Positions 7,655 through 16,821 of a stretch of DNA of 64,000 bases are shown here, one piece after another. The position numbers were made by a program, and so were the translations under genes. Positions within the stretch are counted from its first letter, which is position 1. Every line of letters starts with the position of its first letter. Where the stretch lies: NCBI GenBank assembly GCA_021108035.1, contig JAIORQ010000097.1:7692-71691 (forward strand). The letters run 5' to 3'. The stretch is from Bacteroidales bacterium. GTDB taxonomy: Bacteria > Bacteroidota > Bacteroidia > Bacteroidales > JAADGE01. The notes beneath the pieces are model-generated. The model saw nothing but the letters and a program-made list of their open reading frames with translations. It was not told the origin of the DNA and searched no databases.

Positions 7655-9835
7655 TTAGTTTTTTAACACTATTACTTTCTTCGTAAAATTATTTACCCTA
7701 ACAAAATAAACACCCTGCTTCAAGCCGGAAACATTGATTTTATGAGTTCTGCTTGTATTGTTTAATTGTTCTGTCAGAACTGTTTTTCCTTGAATATCTA
7801 AAAGTTCAAGTTTTATATTATTTTGTTCTGTATTGCTGTAATCATATGAAATTGTAATAGAATTAGAGACAGGATTTTGCAAAATATTGAAAAACCCGGT
7901 ATTTTCAGTTAATTTATCAATTCCCGCAGGAGGATACGAACTGTTTAATTCAACCGGAATTCCCCATTTCATTAAAATACCTCCTTCATCCCAATTTGCA
8001 CCTTCTTCTTCGTATAAATAACCGTAGATTTTTAACAAAAAATTGGTTAAATAAACATCATTTGCATCATAATCAAAAACAAAATCATGTATCGGATCTA
8101 TAGCTGTAGAATTAGGATTTATCGGATTACCGTTATTATATGCTGCTGTATCATAGACTATTCCGTCAATTCCGCTTACATTGTTCCAAATATTAATATA
8201 ATCTGCATCGCTTGTAAATTGCCCGTATACATTAAACAGCGTTTCTTCACTGTTATTATTAATTTTAACAGCTGCTTCAATTGTTTCATCCGGTTCAAGA
8301 TTCCTATTGCCATTTCCATTGCTGTCAGGGACATCATCATCATCAATTTCTATAAAAAAGGGTAAAGTCTCAAAAAAAGGAATATTAAAATCACCCAACC
8401 AAAAGTTATCTTGGACATTTGAAGCCGTTCCGTATAAAGAAAAAGAATATTGTCCGTTTCCGGGTACATTTTCAGGAAGTTGAATTTCAAATGATTGATC
8501 AGACCATTCATCTCCGCCGGTTGAAATATTACTAAAAGTTACAATTCCGGTTATAACTGAAAGATCGTCATTATGACTAACTAAACTTGCATTAACAGTG
8601 GTAATTTCTTCACCGAATAAATTCAGTATATTAATTTTAAAATTTAAATTATTATCCGGTAAAATTAAATTTTCGGTATTATTTTCAGGCGGTGTAACAC
8701 CCTCGTATAATTCAAATCTACTCAATTCGGCAGGTTTTTCTCTGATTTCAAACAGAACAGAGTCTTTATAATCATCCGGATTTTTTAAGCTTGTGATTTT
8801 TATAATGCATTCAGATGAACTTATATCAGGTACAGTCCATGGAAATATTTCTTCTCCTGAAGGAATACTGTCAGTTAAATCTGTCCAATTTGAACCGTTA
8901 TCACTTGAAAACTCAATTTTAGCATCAGCAATAAAATCACTTTCCCACAGTATGTCAATTTCTCTTCCTTGTTCAACATTTAACCCGTCAGTCGGATAAA
9001 CTAAATTTAATTCAGGATTGCTTTCGACAATACTAACAGAGTAAATATCCACATCGACAATAGGTTTGTCATTCCCGTCAACATCGACATCACCAATTGC
9101 AAGTATTGTATTAATTCCGTCGATTGTTCGTCCGAAAACTGCATAATCATCGTCTAATCCCGGTTCCGGATCAAGTGTAAAATAATATTGCGAACCGGCA
9201 CTATTAGGGTCAGCAGCCCTTGCCATAGCAAGTATTCCGGCAGTATTATGCCTTAAATCCGGATGTATTTCCAAATCAATTGTCCAACCCGGACCGCCTG
9301 ATCCTGTTCCGTTAGGACATCCGTCTTGGATTACAAAATTTTGTACTACTCTGTGAAAAATTAAGTTATAATAAAAACCTCTGTCGGCAAGGTTTATGAA
9401 GTTTTGGACAGTTACCGGTGCTAAATCGCCTCTTAATTCTGCACGAATTTGACCCATTGTTGTATTCCATTCTGCAACAAACAAATTTTGAGATGTTATA
9501 TTAAAAACTGCATCACTTTCATCAGAAATTGTACCACCTACTGCATCAGTTATACGAATCAGACAAATTGCGGACTCAACATCAGGCACATCCCATGAAT
9601 AGTAATCTCCAACGGAATAATTATCTTCAATCAAAACCCAATCACTACCGCCGTTTAAAGAATACTCAAGTTTGAAACTTGCTATACCTGTACTTTCCCA
9701 TGTAATATTATGCGGCGACCAAGTATTGTTCATAAAATGCTCATCTCCGTTTGGGAAAATTATATCTAATGTTTGAGAATTACTGATATTAAAAAAATAA
9801 ATCAGCACGACAAAAAGTAATATAAACTTTTTCAT
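7655..9835 (-). CDS. Secreted multidomain cyclophilin-type PPIase with T9SS C-terminal sorting domain
   Basis: Signal peptide. Cyclophilin core: FHRVVQNFVIQDGCPNGTGSGGPGW...GSQYYF. Ends in a T9SS CTD (LELLDIQGKTV...GVYFVRVNNFTKKVIVLKN). Confidence 0.8.
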   Translation of the reverse strand: MKKFILLFVVLIYFFNISNSQTLDIIFPNGDEHFMNNTWSPHNITWESTGIASFKLEYSLNGGSDWVLIEDNYSVGDYYSWDVPDVESAICLIRITDAVGGTISDESDAVFNITSQNLFVAEWNTTMGQIRAELRGDLAPVTVQNFINLADRGFYYNLIFHRVVQNFVIQDGCPNGTGSGGPGWTIDLEIHPDLRHNTAGILAMARAADPNSAGSQYYFTLDPEPGLDDDYAVFGRTIDGINTILAIGDVDVDGNDKPIVDVDIYSVSIVESNPELNLVYPTDGLNVEQGREIDILWESDFIADAKIEFSSDNGSNWTDLTDSIPSGEEIFPWTVPDISSSECIIKITSLKNPDDYKDSVLFEIREKPAELSRFELYEGVTPPENNTENLILPDNNLNFKINILNLFGEEITTVNASLVSHNDDLSVITGIVTFSNISTGGDEWSDQSFEIQLPENVPGNGQYSFSLYGTASNVQDNFWLGDFNIPFFETLPFFIEIDDDDVPDSNGNGNRNLEPDETIEAAVKINNNSEETLFNVYGQFTSDADYINIWNNVSGIDGIVYDTAAYNNGNPINPNSTAIDPIHDFVFDYDANDVYLTNFLLKIYGYLYEEEGANWDEGGILMKWGIPVELNSSYPPAGIDKLTENTGFFNILQNPVSNSITISYDYSNTEQNNIKLELLDIQGKTVLTEQLNNTSRTHKINVSGLKQGVYFVRVNNFTKKVIVLKN

Positions 9836-10176
9836 ATTTTTAAATTTAATTTATACAAAAGTAATATTTTTATGTTTCTGTAAAGAATAACGGATAAGCA
9901 TTTATAACAATCCAAACTCTTATATTAATATATTTCTTCTTGAGTTTACCGGTCTCCTTTATACACAGCGTTTTTTTTATGCCATGCTGAAAAGGATAAT
10001 TTCATACAGATTACGCAGAATAACACAAAAAAAAATCTGTGAAAACCTGTGAAATCTGTGTGACAGATTAAATATATTCTTTTTAAATGAAAAAACGATT
10101 TTTTAGGGGGACTGCATAATTCAGAAACCATGCTAACTTCCCGGCTGTTCAGGATTTGTAATCCCGGACATGTCTC

Positions 10177-10199
10177 CTTTCGGATTGCAAATCCGAAAG
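10177..10199 (-). terminator. Strong hairpin downstream of the TPR gene
   Basis: CTTTCGGATT-GCA-AATCCGAAAG: 10-bp perfect stem, 37 nt past the stop at 10237. There is no clear U-tract. An alternative 13-bp pairing with GGATTTGTAATCC (10151-10163) is possible. Confidence 0.45.
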
Positions 10200-10236
10200 A
10201 GCTTCATAATGTTAAAGCAGTTAAGAACTAAGCAGG

Positions 10237-11664
10237 TTAGAGACTGTTTTTGAAATCTTTCATTTCTTTCATCAGATAATTTTTAGGTATTTCTTCCATT
10301 GCTTCTTTTATCCATTGTGATTTTCCGTAATAATCAACAACTTTTTGCATATGTGTATATGCTTTATAGTAATTGCCGGATTGAATCTCAAGTTCTGCAA
10401 GTCCTTTTAATGCATCGTAATGCTTATTATTTAACTTTAATACATTTTCAAAATCTTGACGAGCTTCACTGTTTTTTCCTAAACTTTTATAAACATCACC
10501 TCTGAACCATAAATTATATTCACTTTTACCTTCTAATGAAACAGCTTTGTTAATATCACTTATTGCTTCATTATGTTTATGATTTCTCACCAATGCCCAA
10601 GCTCTGTTTATGTATAAGGCTGCATTATTACTTTCAGACAAAATTGCAGAATCATAAGCATTTATTGCATCTTCGTAAAATCCTTGTTGAAGTTTAATAT
10701 CTCCGAGCGTAGTGTATGCAAAAGCCAATTTTTTTATATTTAAAGATGCTTCTATTTCACTTTCTGCCTTTTCTAATGCTCTTTTTCGACCTTGATTTAC
10801 AAGAGCGGTTGAATTTTTATCATCGTATTTTCCGGTTGATGCTAAAGTTGCTCGAATATTTGCTATATAAGCTAAAATTTCTGCTCTTTGGTTTATATTA
10901 AATTCCGTATAATTTTTTGCAATCCTGAAATAATACATTGCTCTATCAAATTCTTTTTTTTCAAATAAAAATTTTCCTTCATCAAAAAAGGATAAGTCAG
11001 TTTCATTAATATTTGTAAGATATTCCTTTGCTTTAATATTTCCTCCGCATGCAGCATTTTTAATATGGTACAATGCTTTATAGCTGAAATCACCGGGATA
11101 AAAACCATTTTGAAAAGCCTCATAAGATTCATAATATCTTTCTTGTTTCAGCCTTAATTCACCCAGAGCATTATTTACATTTTTATCAAACGGCTTTTGT
11201 TTAAAATAAAAAATCAGATATTCTTCTGCTTTTTCAAGATTATTTTTTTTAGCAGCAATTCTGCCGATAATTAAATAGGCTTCATAAAATTCTAAATCAA
11301 GTTCTAATGCTTTTACAGCAGCTGCAATCTTTTTTTCTTGTTCTGAATAAGATTCTTCTGTTGCAATAACTTTCCATGCCTCAACATTGTCGGGATCAAC
11401 TTCTACACACTTATAAAAATCATTTTTACAATTATCCCAACCGTGTTTAAGATTTAATTTTCCTCTTTCGAAATATGCTTGAGTACAGTTTGAATCTTTT
11501 CTTATTGCTTTTTCAAAATATTTAAGAGCTTTTTCTTCATATACACCAAAATCCTTATCGTCAGCCATTTCATTAAGCCCCTTCTCAACAAGTGTTTCCG
11601 CCGAATCACATGCTGTTAATAAGAAAAAAATAATACTTGAAAACATAATAAATTTAAATTTCAT
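10237..11664 (-). CDS. Tetratricopeptide-repeat lipoprotein
   Basis: Lipobox LLTAC. Repeated TPR-like 34-aa helical units occur throughout. Confidence 0.75.
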   Translation of the reverse strand: MKFKFIMFSSIIFFLLTACDSAETLVEKGLNEMADDKDFGVYEEKALKYFEKAIRKDSNCTQAYFERGKLNLKHGWDNCKNDFYKCVEVDPDNVEAWKVIATEESYSEQEKKIAAAVKALELDLEFYEAYLIIGRIAAKKNNLEKAEEYLIFYFKQKPFDKNVNNALGELRLKQERYYESYEAFQNGFYPGDFSYKALYHIKNAACGGNIKAKEYLTNINETDLSFFDEGKFLFEKKEFDRAMYYFRIAKNYTEFNINQRAEILAYIANIRATLASTGKYDDKNSTALVNQGRKRALEKAESEIEASLNIKKLAFAYTTLGDIKLQQGFYEDAINAYDSAILSESNNAALYINRAWALVRNHKHNEAISDINKAVSLEGKSEYNLWFRGDVYKSLGKNSEARQDFENVLKLNNKHYDALKGLAELEIQSGNYYKAYTHMQKVVDYYGKSQWIKEAMEEIPKNYLMKEMKDFKNSL

Positions 11665-11753
11665 TTTTATATTTTTTGAAACAGTAAATATTTGAGCTTA
11701 AATATACAATTTCTATTAATTTTTTTCAGATAAATTCGTAAATTTCGTAAGCT

Positions 11754-13046
11754 TTACACAAGAAACTCTACGACAGCATTTCCGGTTGAATTAATTCCGG
11801 TAATCTTTAAATCTATAATTTCATTGATTAATTCTTTGTTATAAGGAACTTCAACCTTAATGTAGTTTTTAGTAAAACCATACATAGAATTCTTATGCTT
11901 TCCTCCTTCAAACAAAACTTTATGTTCTGAATTAACGAAACGTTTATAAAATGCTTTATGCTTAATATCAGACAATTGATGCAGTTGTTCACTTCTCTTT
12001 TTTATGATATTTCCCGGAACTTTGTCCGGCAAGTGTTCCGCCGGTGTTCCCGGACGAACAGAATATGAAAACACATGTAAAAAAGAAATATTCAGACTTT
12101 CTAAAAAATTATAAGAATCTATAAAATCTTCTTCCGTCTCACCCGGAAAACCTACAATTACATCAATACCCAGAAAGGCATTCGGTATTAATTGATTTAT
12201 TCTTTTAATCTTTTGATGAAACAATGAAGTATTGTAACGCCGTTTCATCAATTTCAAGATTTTATCACTTCCGGATTGTACGGGGATGTGAAAATGCGGT
12301 AAAAATTTCTTGGATTGAACTGTAAATTCAAGAATTTCATCGCTTATTAAATTCGGTTCAATTGAAGATATTCTGTAACGTTCTATTCCTTCAACTTTTT
12401 CCAAAGCTTTTATCAAATCAAAAAATGATTCACCGGTTCCCTTTCCGAAATCACCAATATTAACTCCTGTAAGAATAACTTCTTTAAATCCTTCACTTGC
12501 AATTTTATCGGCTTGCTTAACCGTTTTTTTAACAGTATCACTCCTACTCTTCCCTCTCACACTCGGTATTATACAGTAAGTACACGGATAATCACAACCG
12601 TCTTGCACTTTTAAAAAAGAACGAGTTCTGTCACCTGACGAAAATGCGGCATCAAACCTATTGATCTTATTTGTTTCACAAGAATATACAACTGCATTTT
12701 TCTTTTTTTCTAATGATTTAACATATTTGAAAAAATTGAATTTCTCATTATTACCCAGAACAACATCAACTCCCGGCATCTTTGCAATGTTATCAGCTTC
12801 GTCTTGGGCATAACAACCTGTAACAGCTATAAATGCGTTCGGAGAAATTTTCTTGGCTTTTTTAATGGCTTGTCTGCATTTTTTAACAGCTGTTCCTGTA
12901 ACGGTGCAAGTGTTAATAAGCACAACGTCAGATTTTTCACCAAATTTCACTCTTTCAAAACCTTTTTTCACAAAATCTCTTGCAATTGCAGATGTTTCTG
13001 AAAAATTTAATTTGCAACCAAGTGTATGGAATGAGACTTTTTTCAT
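11754..13046 (-). CDS. mtaB: tRNA (t6A37) methylthiotransferase MtaB (radical SAM)
   Basis: N-terminus MKKVSFHTLGCKLNFSET. Radical-SAM motif CDYPCTYC. C-terminal TRAM-like region. 430 aa. Confidence 0.85.
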   Translation of the reverse strand: MKKVSFHTLGCKLNFSETSAIARDFVKKGFERVKFGEKSDVVLINTCTVTGTAVKKCRQAIKKAKKISPNAFIAVTGCYAQDEADNIAKMPGVDVVLGNNEKFNFFKYVKSLEKKKNAVVYSCETNKINRFDAAFSSGDRTRSFLKVQDGCDYPCTYCIIPSVRGKSRSDTVKKTVKQADKIASEGFKEVILTGVNIGDFGKGTGESFFDLIKALEKVEGIERYRISSIEPNLISDEILEFTVQSKKFLPHFHIPVQSGSDKILKLMKRRYNTSLFHQKIKRINQLIPNAFLGIDVIVGFPGETEEDFIDSYNFLESLNISFLHVFSYSVRPGTPAEHLPDKVPGNIIKKRSEQLHQLSDIKHKAFYKRFVNSEHKVLFEGGKHKNSMYGFTKNYIKVEVPYNKELINEIIDLKITGINSTGNAVVEFLV

Positions 13047-13183
13047 TAAAAAAAATATTCTACAAAATTATTAAAATTTCTTTACAAAAATATACTTGTA
13101 TTTTACATCAAGTAAATCATACACGGAATTGTTAAAAACTAAATAAATAAAGGGTTCAAGACAGCATGATATTTGCAGTTTAC

Positions 13184-13453
13184 TTAAGGCAACCTCTAAT
13201 AATTAAATTGCATCAAGATTTTCAGAGTTTATCACAGACGATGTAAATTTTAGAAGCAATATCGGGATAATGCAAGAAAATTTGAAGAAGTATATGACAA
13301 ACTCTGAAAACCTTTCGGGAACAAATATAATAAACAATCTGACTGCGTTAAATTTTTTTGCAATAACAACGGCTATTCCAAAAAAATTATGCCTTGCATC
13401 TTGTTCATTATATTTGTTTCTTGAAAGAAATTAATTATTAGAGGTTGCCTTAA
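13184..13453. promoter_or_regulatory. 270-bp element bounded by perfect 23-bp inverted repeats (candidate invertible promoter or MITE)
   Basis: TTAAGGCAACCTCTAATAATTAA at 13184-13206 has its exact reverse complement at 13431-13453. A nested 12-bp IR lies at 13219-13230/13299-13310. TATATTTG (matches TAnnTTTG) at 13409-13416 faces the gene at 13466. Confidence 0.6.
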
Positions 13454-13465
13454 AAACGACCTACA

Positions 13466-13879
13466 ATGAAATTATTAAAAACTTTATTACTGATTACGAT
13501 AATTTTTATCTTTTCAGGCTGCTACTTTTTGGATTATGTTATTCCGGAGGAATATTTTGCAGATGAAGAAATAATTCAATATGATTATACTATTATTGAC
13601 AGGTCTCCTGTAATTAACACAGAATATGTTTGGATATCACACACATCCGGAATACAGGGAGGTATAAGCTATTTCTCATCATTAAACAGTGCGGTTAATT
13701 CATTAAGAAGACTTGGTATAACTGTTTACGATTCACAAATTACTCACGGTCCACAAAAACAAGCGATTGGAACTGCCAGCGGAATGCGATACAGTGCAAA
13801 AATTAAAAGTAAAGATATTGATATTGTGTATAACAGCAAGTGGTTTATTTCTCGAAAATTGAATAAAGTAATTGATTGA
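13466..13879 (+). CDS. Lipoprotein, paralog 1 of an uncharacterised CYFLDYVIPEEY family
   Basis: Signal peptide and lipobox (FSGC), then the invariant YFLDYVIPEEYF. Shared motifs: VWISH, FSSL, YDS. Confidence 0.7.
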   Translation: MKLLKTLLLITIIFIFSGCYFLDYVIPEEYFADEEIIQYDYTIIDRSPVINTEYVWISHTSGIQGGISYFSSLNSAVNSLRRLGITVYDSQITHGPQKQAIGTASGMRYSAKIKSKDIDIVYNSKWFISRKLNKVID

Positions 13880-13890
13880 AAGAAGATACA

Positions 13891-14295
13891 ATGAAAACCT
13901 TAAAAATTTTATCCTTAATTTTAATATCATCTGTTTTTTCAAGTTGTTATTTTTTAGATTATGTTATTCCGGAGGAATATATTGTCACTGATGATTATTA
14001 TTTTGAAGCAGAAGATTATTATGGCTATAATCCACAATTTATTTGGATTAGTCACCCTGTAGGAATTCAATGCAGAAACAATTTTTTCAGTTCTTTAGAA
14101 GAAGCCGAGAGATATTTAAATAATAATGAAATTTTTACTTACGATTCATATAAAAAGATTAGTTCACAAAGAAAAAAATGCGGGTTTCCGACAGAATTAA
14201 GATATTATTTTGAAATTATGAATTATGATGTAAGCAAAGCAATTTCACTGGGTTGGTCATCTCCATACAGAAGAAATGATAACAGAGCTTATTAA
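13891..14295 (+). CDS. Lipoprotein, paralog 2 of the CYFLDYVIPEEY family
   Basis: ATG at 13891 (MKTLKILSL...FSSCYFLDYVIPEEY). The ORF-track start at 13876 is a TTG and overlaps the gene 1 stop. Confidence 0.7.
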   Translation: MKTLKILSLILISSVFSSCYFLDYVIPEEYIVTDDYYFEAEDYYGYNPQFIWISHPVGIQCRNNFFSSLEEAERYLNNNEIFTYDSYKKISSQRKKCGFPTELRYYFEIMNYDVSKAISLGWSSPYRRNDNRAY

Positions 14296-14404
14296 ACAAC
14301 TTATCATCATAACCTTATTTTTAGAAACTGAATTTCATAAATAAAGATATTTAATCAAGAATAATAACTCAAGGATAGAAAAATAATAATATAAAAATCA
14401 AGCC

Positions 14405-14782
14405 GTGAAAACTATTAAACTTTTAATTTCAGCATTGATTATAACTTTTTTTTCATCTTGTTATTTTTTGGATTATGTTATTCCGGAGGAATATTTTGCT
14501 GATGACGGCTACAAAATTGAAGATCGATCAAGTTATGTTTGGATTTCCCATCCGGCAGATGTTGAATGTGAAGGGATGTTTTTTCACTCTTTGCAAGGAG
14601 CTGAAAATTATTTAAAAAACAGAGGTATCAGGATATATGATTCTTACGAAAAACACAATGCTTTTAAAACCAAATACAGTAATCCGTATTCATTAATTTA
14701 TTATGTTAAGATTCATAGAAATGTATTAGATTTAGCACATAGATATGGTTGGGCAAAACGTGCATCTGTTGTATCATATTAA
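14405..14782 (+). CDS. Lipoprotein, paralog 3 of the CYFLDYVIPEEY family
   Basis: GTG start. MKTIKLL...FSSCYFLDYVIPEEYFADD. Shares the VWISHP...FF-SL...YL...I-x-YDSY pattern. Confidence 0.65.
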   Translation: MKTIKLLISALIITFFSSCYFLDYVIPEEYFADDGYKIEDRSSYVWISHPADVECEGMFFHSLQGAENYLKNRGIRIYDSYEKHNAFKTKYSNPYSLIYYVKIHRNVLDLAHRYGWAKRASVVSY

Positions 14783-14872
14783 TTATCACAGTATGAAATT
14801 AATAAAATTACTTATAATAGTTTTTATTTTTAACTTTGTAATTATTAATTAGTTATAAAATTTATTCAAATT

Positions 14873-15751
14873 ATGACCTGGAAAGAATTAATTGAATCTC
14901 AAAATGTAAAATATGCAGTTTTAATTATTGCATCTATACTTTTTGCATTTATTACCTCATTTATTATAAGGAAGATAATCACAATTTTTAATAAACGATA
15001 TTCAAAAAAATTGAAAGTTGATTCTACCAACTTATCATTTTTAAAAAATTCAGTCAGTTTTATTTTATATACAGCAGCAGCAATTTATATCTTTTATAAT
15101 ATACCTGCGTTGCATTCACTTGGTACCGGATTATTTGCCGGTGCAGGAATAGCAGCAGTAGTAATCGGTTTTGCCGCTCAAAAAGCATTTTCAAACATTA
15201 TATCCGGTATCTTTATTTTAATTTTTAAACCTTTTAGTGTAGGAGATACTATTGAAATCGGTGAAAAAAGAAAAGGTATTGTTGAAGAGATCACATTAAG
15301 GCATATTATGATCAGAGATTATGAAAACCGCAGGATACTGATTCCAAACAGCATTATCAGTGATGAAACCATTATTAACAGCAGTATTATTGATGAAAAA
15401 ATCAGAGAATTCGTCGAATTTGGTATCAGTTATGATTCTAATGTTGATACAGCTACAAAAATTATAAGGGAAGAAGCCGAAAAACATCCAAATTTTATTG
15501 ATAACAGAAAAAAAGCAGAAAAGAAAAATAAAATTCCGCCGGTAATTATCAGGCTTACAAGTTTAGATGATTTTTCAGTTCAATTAAGAGCATATATTTG
15601 GGTAAAGAATAATGATGCAGGTTTTACACTTAAATGCGATATGCTGAAAACAGTTAAGGAACGTTTTGAAAAAGAAGGAATTGAAATACCGTTTCCGTAC
15701 AGAACTATAGTTTATAAAAATGATTCGGATATTAGCAAAACTCAAAAATAA
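14873..15751 (+). CDS. Mechanosensitive ion channel (MscS family)
   Basis: Three N-terminal TM helices. MscS beta-domain motif: FKPFSVGDTIEIGEKRKGIVEEITLRHIMIRDYENRRILIPNS. Confidence 0.85.
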   Translation: MTWKELIESQNVKYAVLIIASILFAFITSFIIRKIITIFNKRYSKKLKVDSTNLSFLKNSVSFILYTAAAIYIFYNIPALHSLGTGLFAGAGIAAVVIGFAAQKAFSNIISGIFILIFKPFSVGDTIEIGEKRKGIVEEITLRHIMIRDYENRRILIPNSIISDETIINSSIIDEKIREFVEFGISYDSNVDTATKIIREEAEKHPNFIDNRKKAEKKNKIPPVIIRLTSLDDFSVQLRAYIWVKNNDAGFTLKCDMLKTVKERFEKEGIEIPFPYRTIVYKNDSDISKTQK

Positions 15752-15754
15752 AAT

Positions 15755-16168
15755 ATGTTAGAAAAAGCAATTGAAATTGCTGTAAAAGCCCATAAAGGAC
15801 AAAAAGATAAGAGCGGCAAACCATATATCGGACATTTATTAAGAGTTATGCACTCCGGTACTACAGAAGATGAAAAAATATGCGGTGTTCTACATGATTT
15901 GGTTGAAGATACAAACCGGACTTTTGAAGATTTAAAAAATGAAGGTTTTTCAGATACAATTATTGATGCTTTAAAATGTCTTACCAAATTACAAAATGAA
16001 AATTACGATCAATTTATTAACAGAGTATTAAAAAATAAATTAGCCGTTAAAGTTAAACTTAATGATCTTACGGATAATTTGGATGTTAAACGATTGGAAA
16101 AGTTGACTGAAGAGGATATGAAAAGGATTAATAAATATTTGAGGACTTTCAGGCGATTAAATATCTAA
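15755..16168 (+). CDS. Small HD-domain protein (RelA/SpoT-hydrolase-like, possible small alarmone hydrolase)
   Basis: HKGQKDKSGKPYIGHLLRV...GVLHDLVEDT matches the SpoT-type HD hydrolase core. 137 aa. Starts 4 nt after the mscS stop. Confidence 0.65.
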   Translation: MLEKAIEIAVKAHKGQKDKSGKPYIGHLLRVMHSGTTEDEKICGVLHDLVEDTNRTFEDLKNEGFSDTIIDALKCLTKLQNENYDQFINRVLKNKLAVKVKLNDLTDNLDVKRLEKLTEEDMKRINKYLRTFRRLNI

Positions 16169-16170
16169 TA

Positions 16171-16809
16171 TCAAATAAACTTTTTCAAAAGAAGCAAAAA
16201 AGTATCCAAACCGATATGGTATGCACCCAAACTTTTCATATGCGGGGTATAAACTTGAGCATCTATAAGTTCTAATGCAAAATTATCAATAAGATATGCT
16301 AATGCAATTTTGGATGTGTCAGACTCTATACTGAACATAGATTCACCGAAAAATACTTGACCTAACTTAATTCCGTATAAACCACCTGCCAATTCATTTT
16401 TAATATTATAAACTTCAACAGAATATGCATAGCCTAAACGATGCATTTCAATATAGGCATTTTTCATTTCTTCGGTTATCCAAGTTCCGTCTTGTTCTTT
16501 GCGTGTAATTGCTTTACAATTATTGATAACACCTTCAAAATCATGATTTACGGTACAATAATAAATTTGCTTTTCTATTAATTGTTTTAAACTTTTTGAT
16601 TTTTTAAATTTTTTCGGTAACAAAACAAAACGAGGATCGGGTGCATGCCATACAATCGGTTCATCTTCGTTGTACCACGGGAAAATACCGTTTTGATAAG
16701 CTAACAGTAAACGCTCCGGAGATAAATCACCGCCAACTGCAAGTACACCGTCTTCTGCTAATTTCGGATGCGGGAATATTAGTTTATCTGTAAGTCTGAA
16801 AATTGGCAT
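16171..16809 (-). CDS. aat: Leucyl/phenylalanyl-tRNA--protein transferase
   Basis: GIFPWYNEDEPIVWHAPDPRFVL and GESMFS motifs. 212 aa. Confidence 0.85.
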   Translation of the reverse strand: MPIFRLTDKLIFPHPKLAEDGVLAVGGDLSPERLLLAYQNGIFPWYNEDEPIVWHAPDPRFVLLPKKFKKSKSLKQLIEKQIYYCTVNHDFEGVINNCKAITRKEQDGTWITEEMKNAYIEMHRLGYAYSVEVYNIKNELAGGLYGIKLGQVFFGESMFSIESDTSKIALAYLIDNFALELIDAQVYTPHMKSLGAYHIGLDTFLLLLKKFI

Positions 16810-16821
16810 TTACTCCGACTG

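Noticed and set aside
9946-10131. A 61-aa minus-strand ORF in the intergenic region.
   Set aside because: It is made of the CTGTG-rich repeat element, with no RBS or start context and the typical spurious HRF-type peptide.
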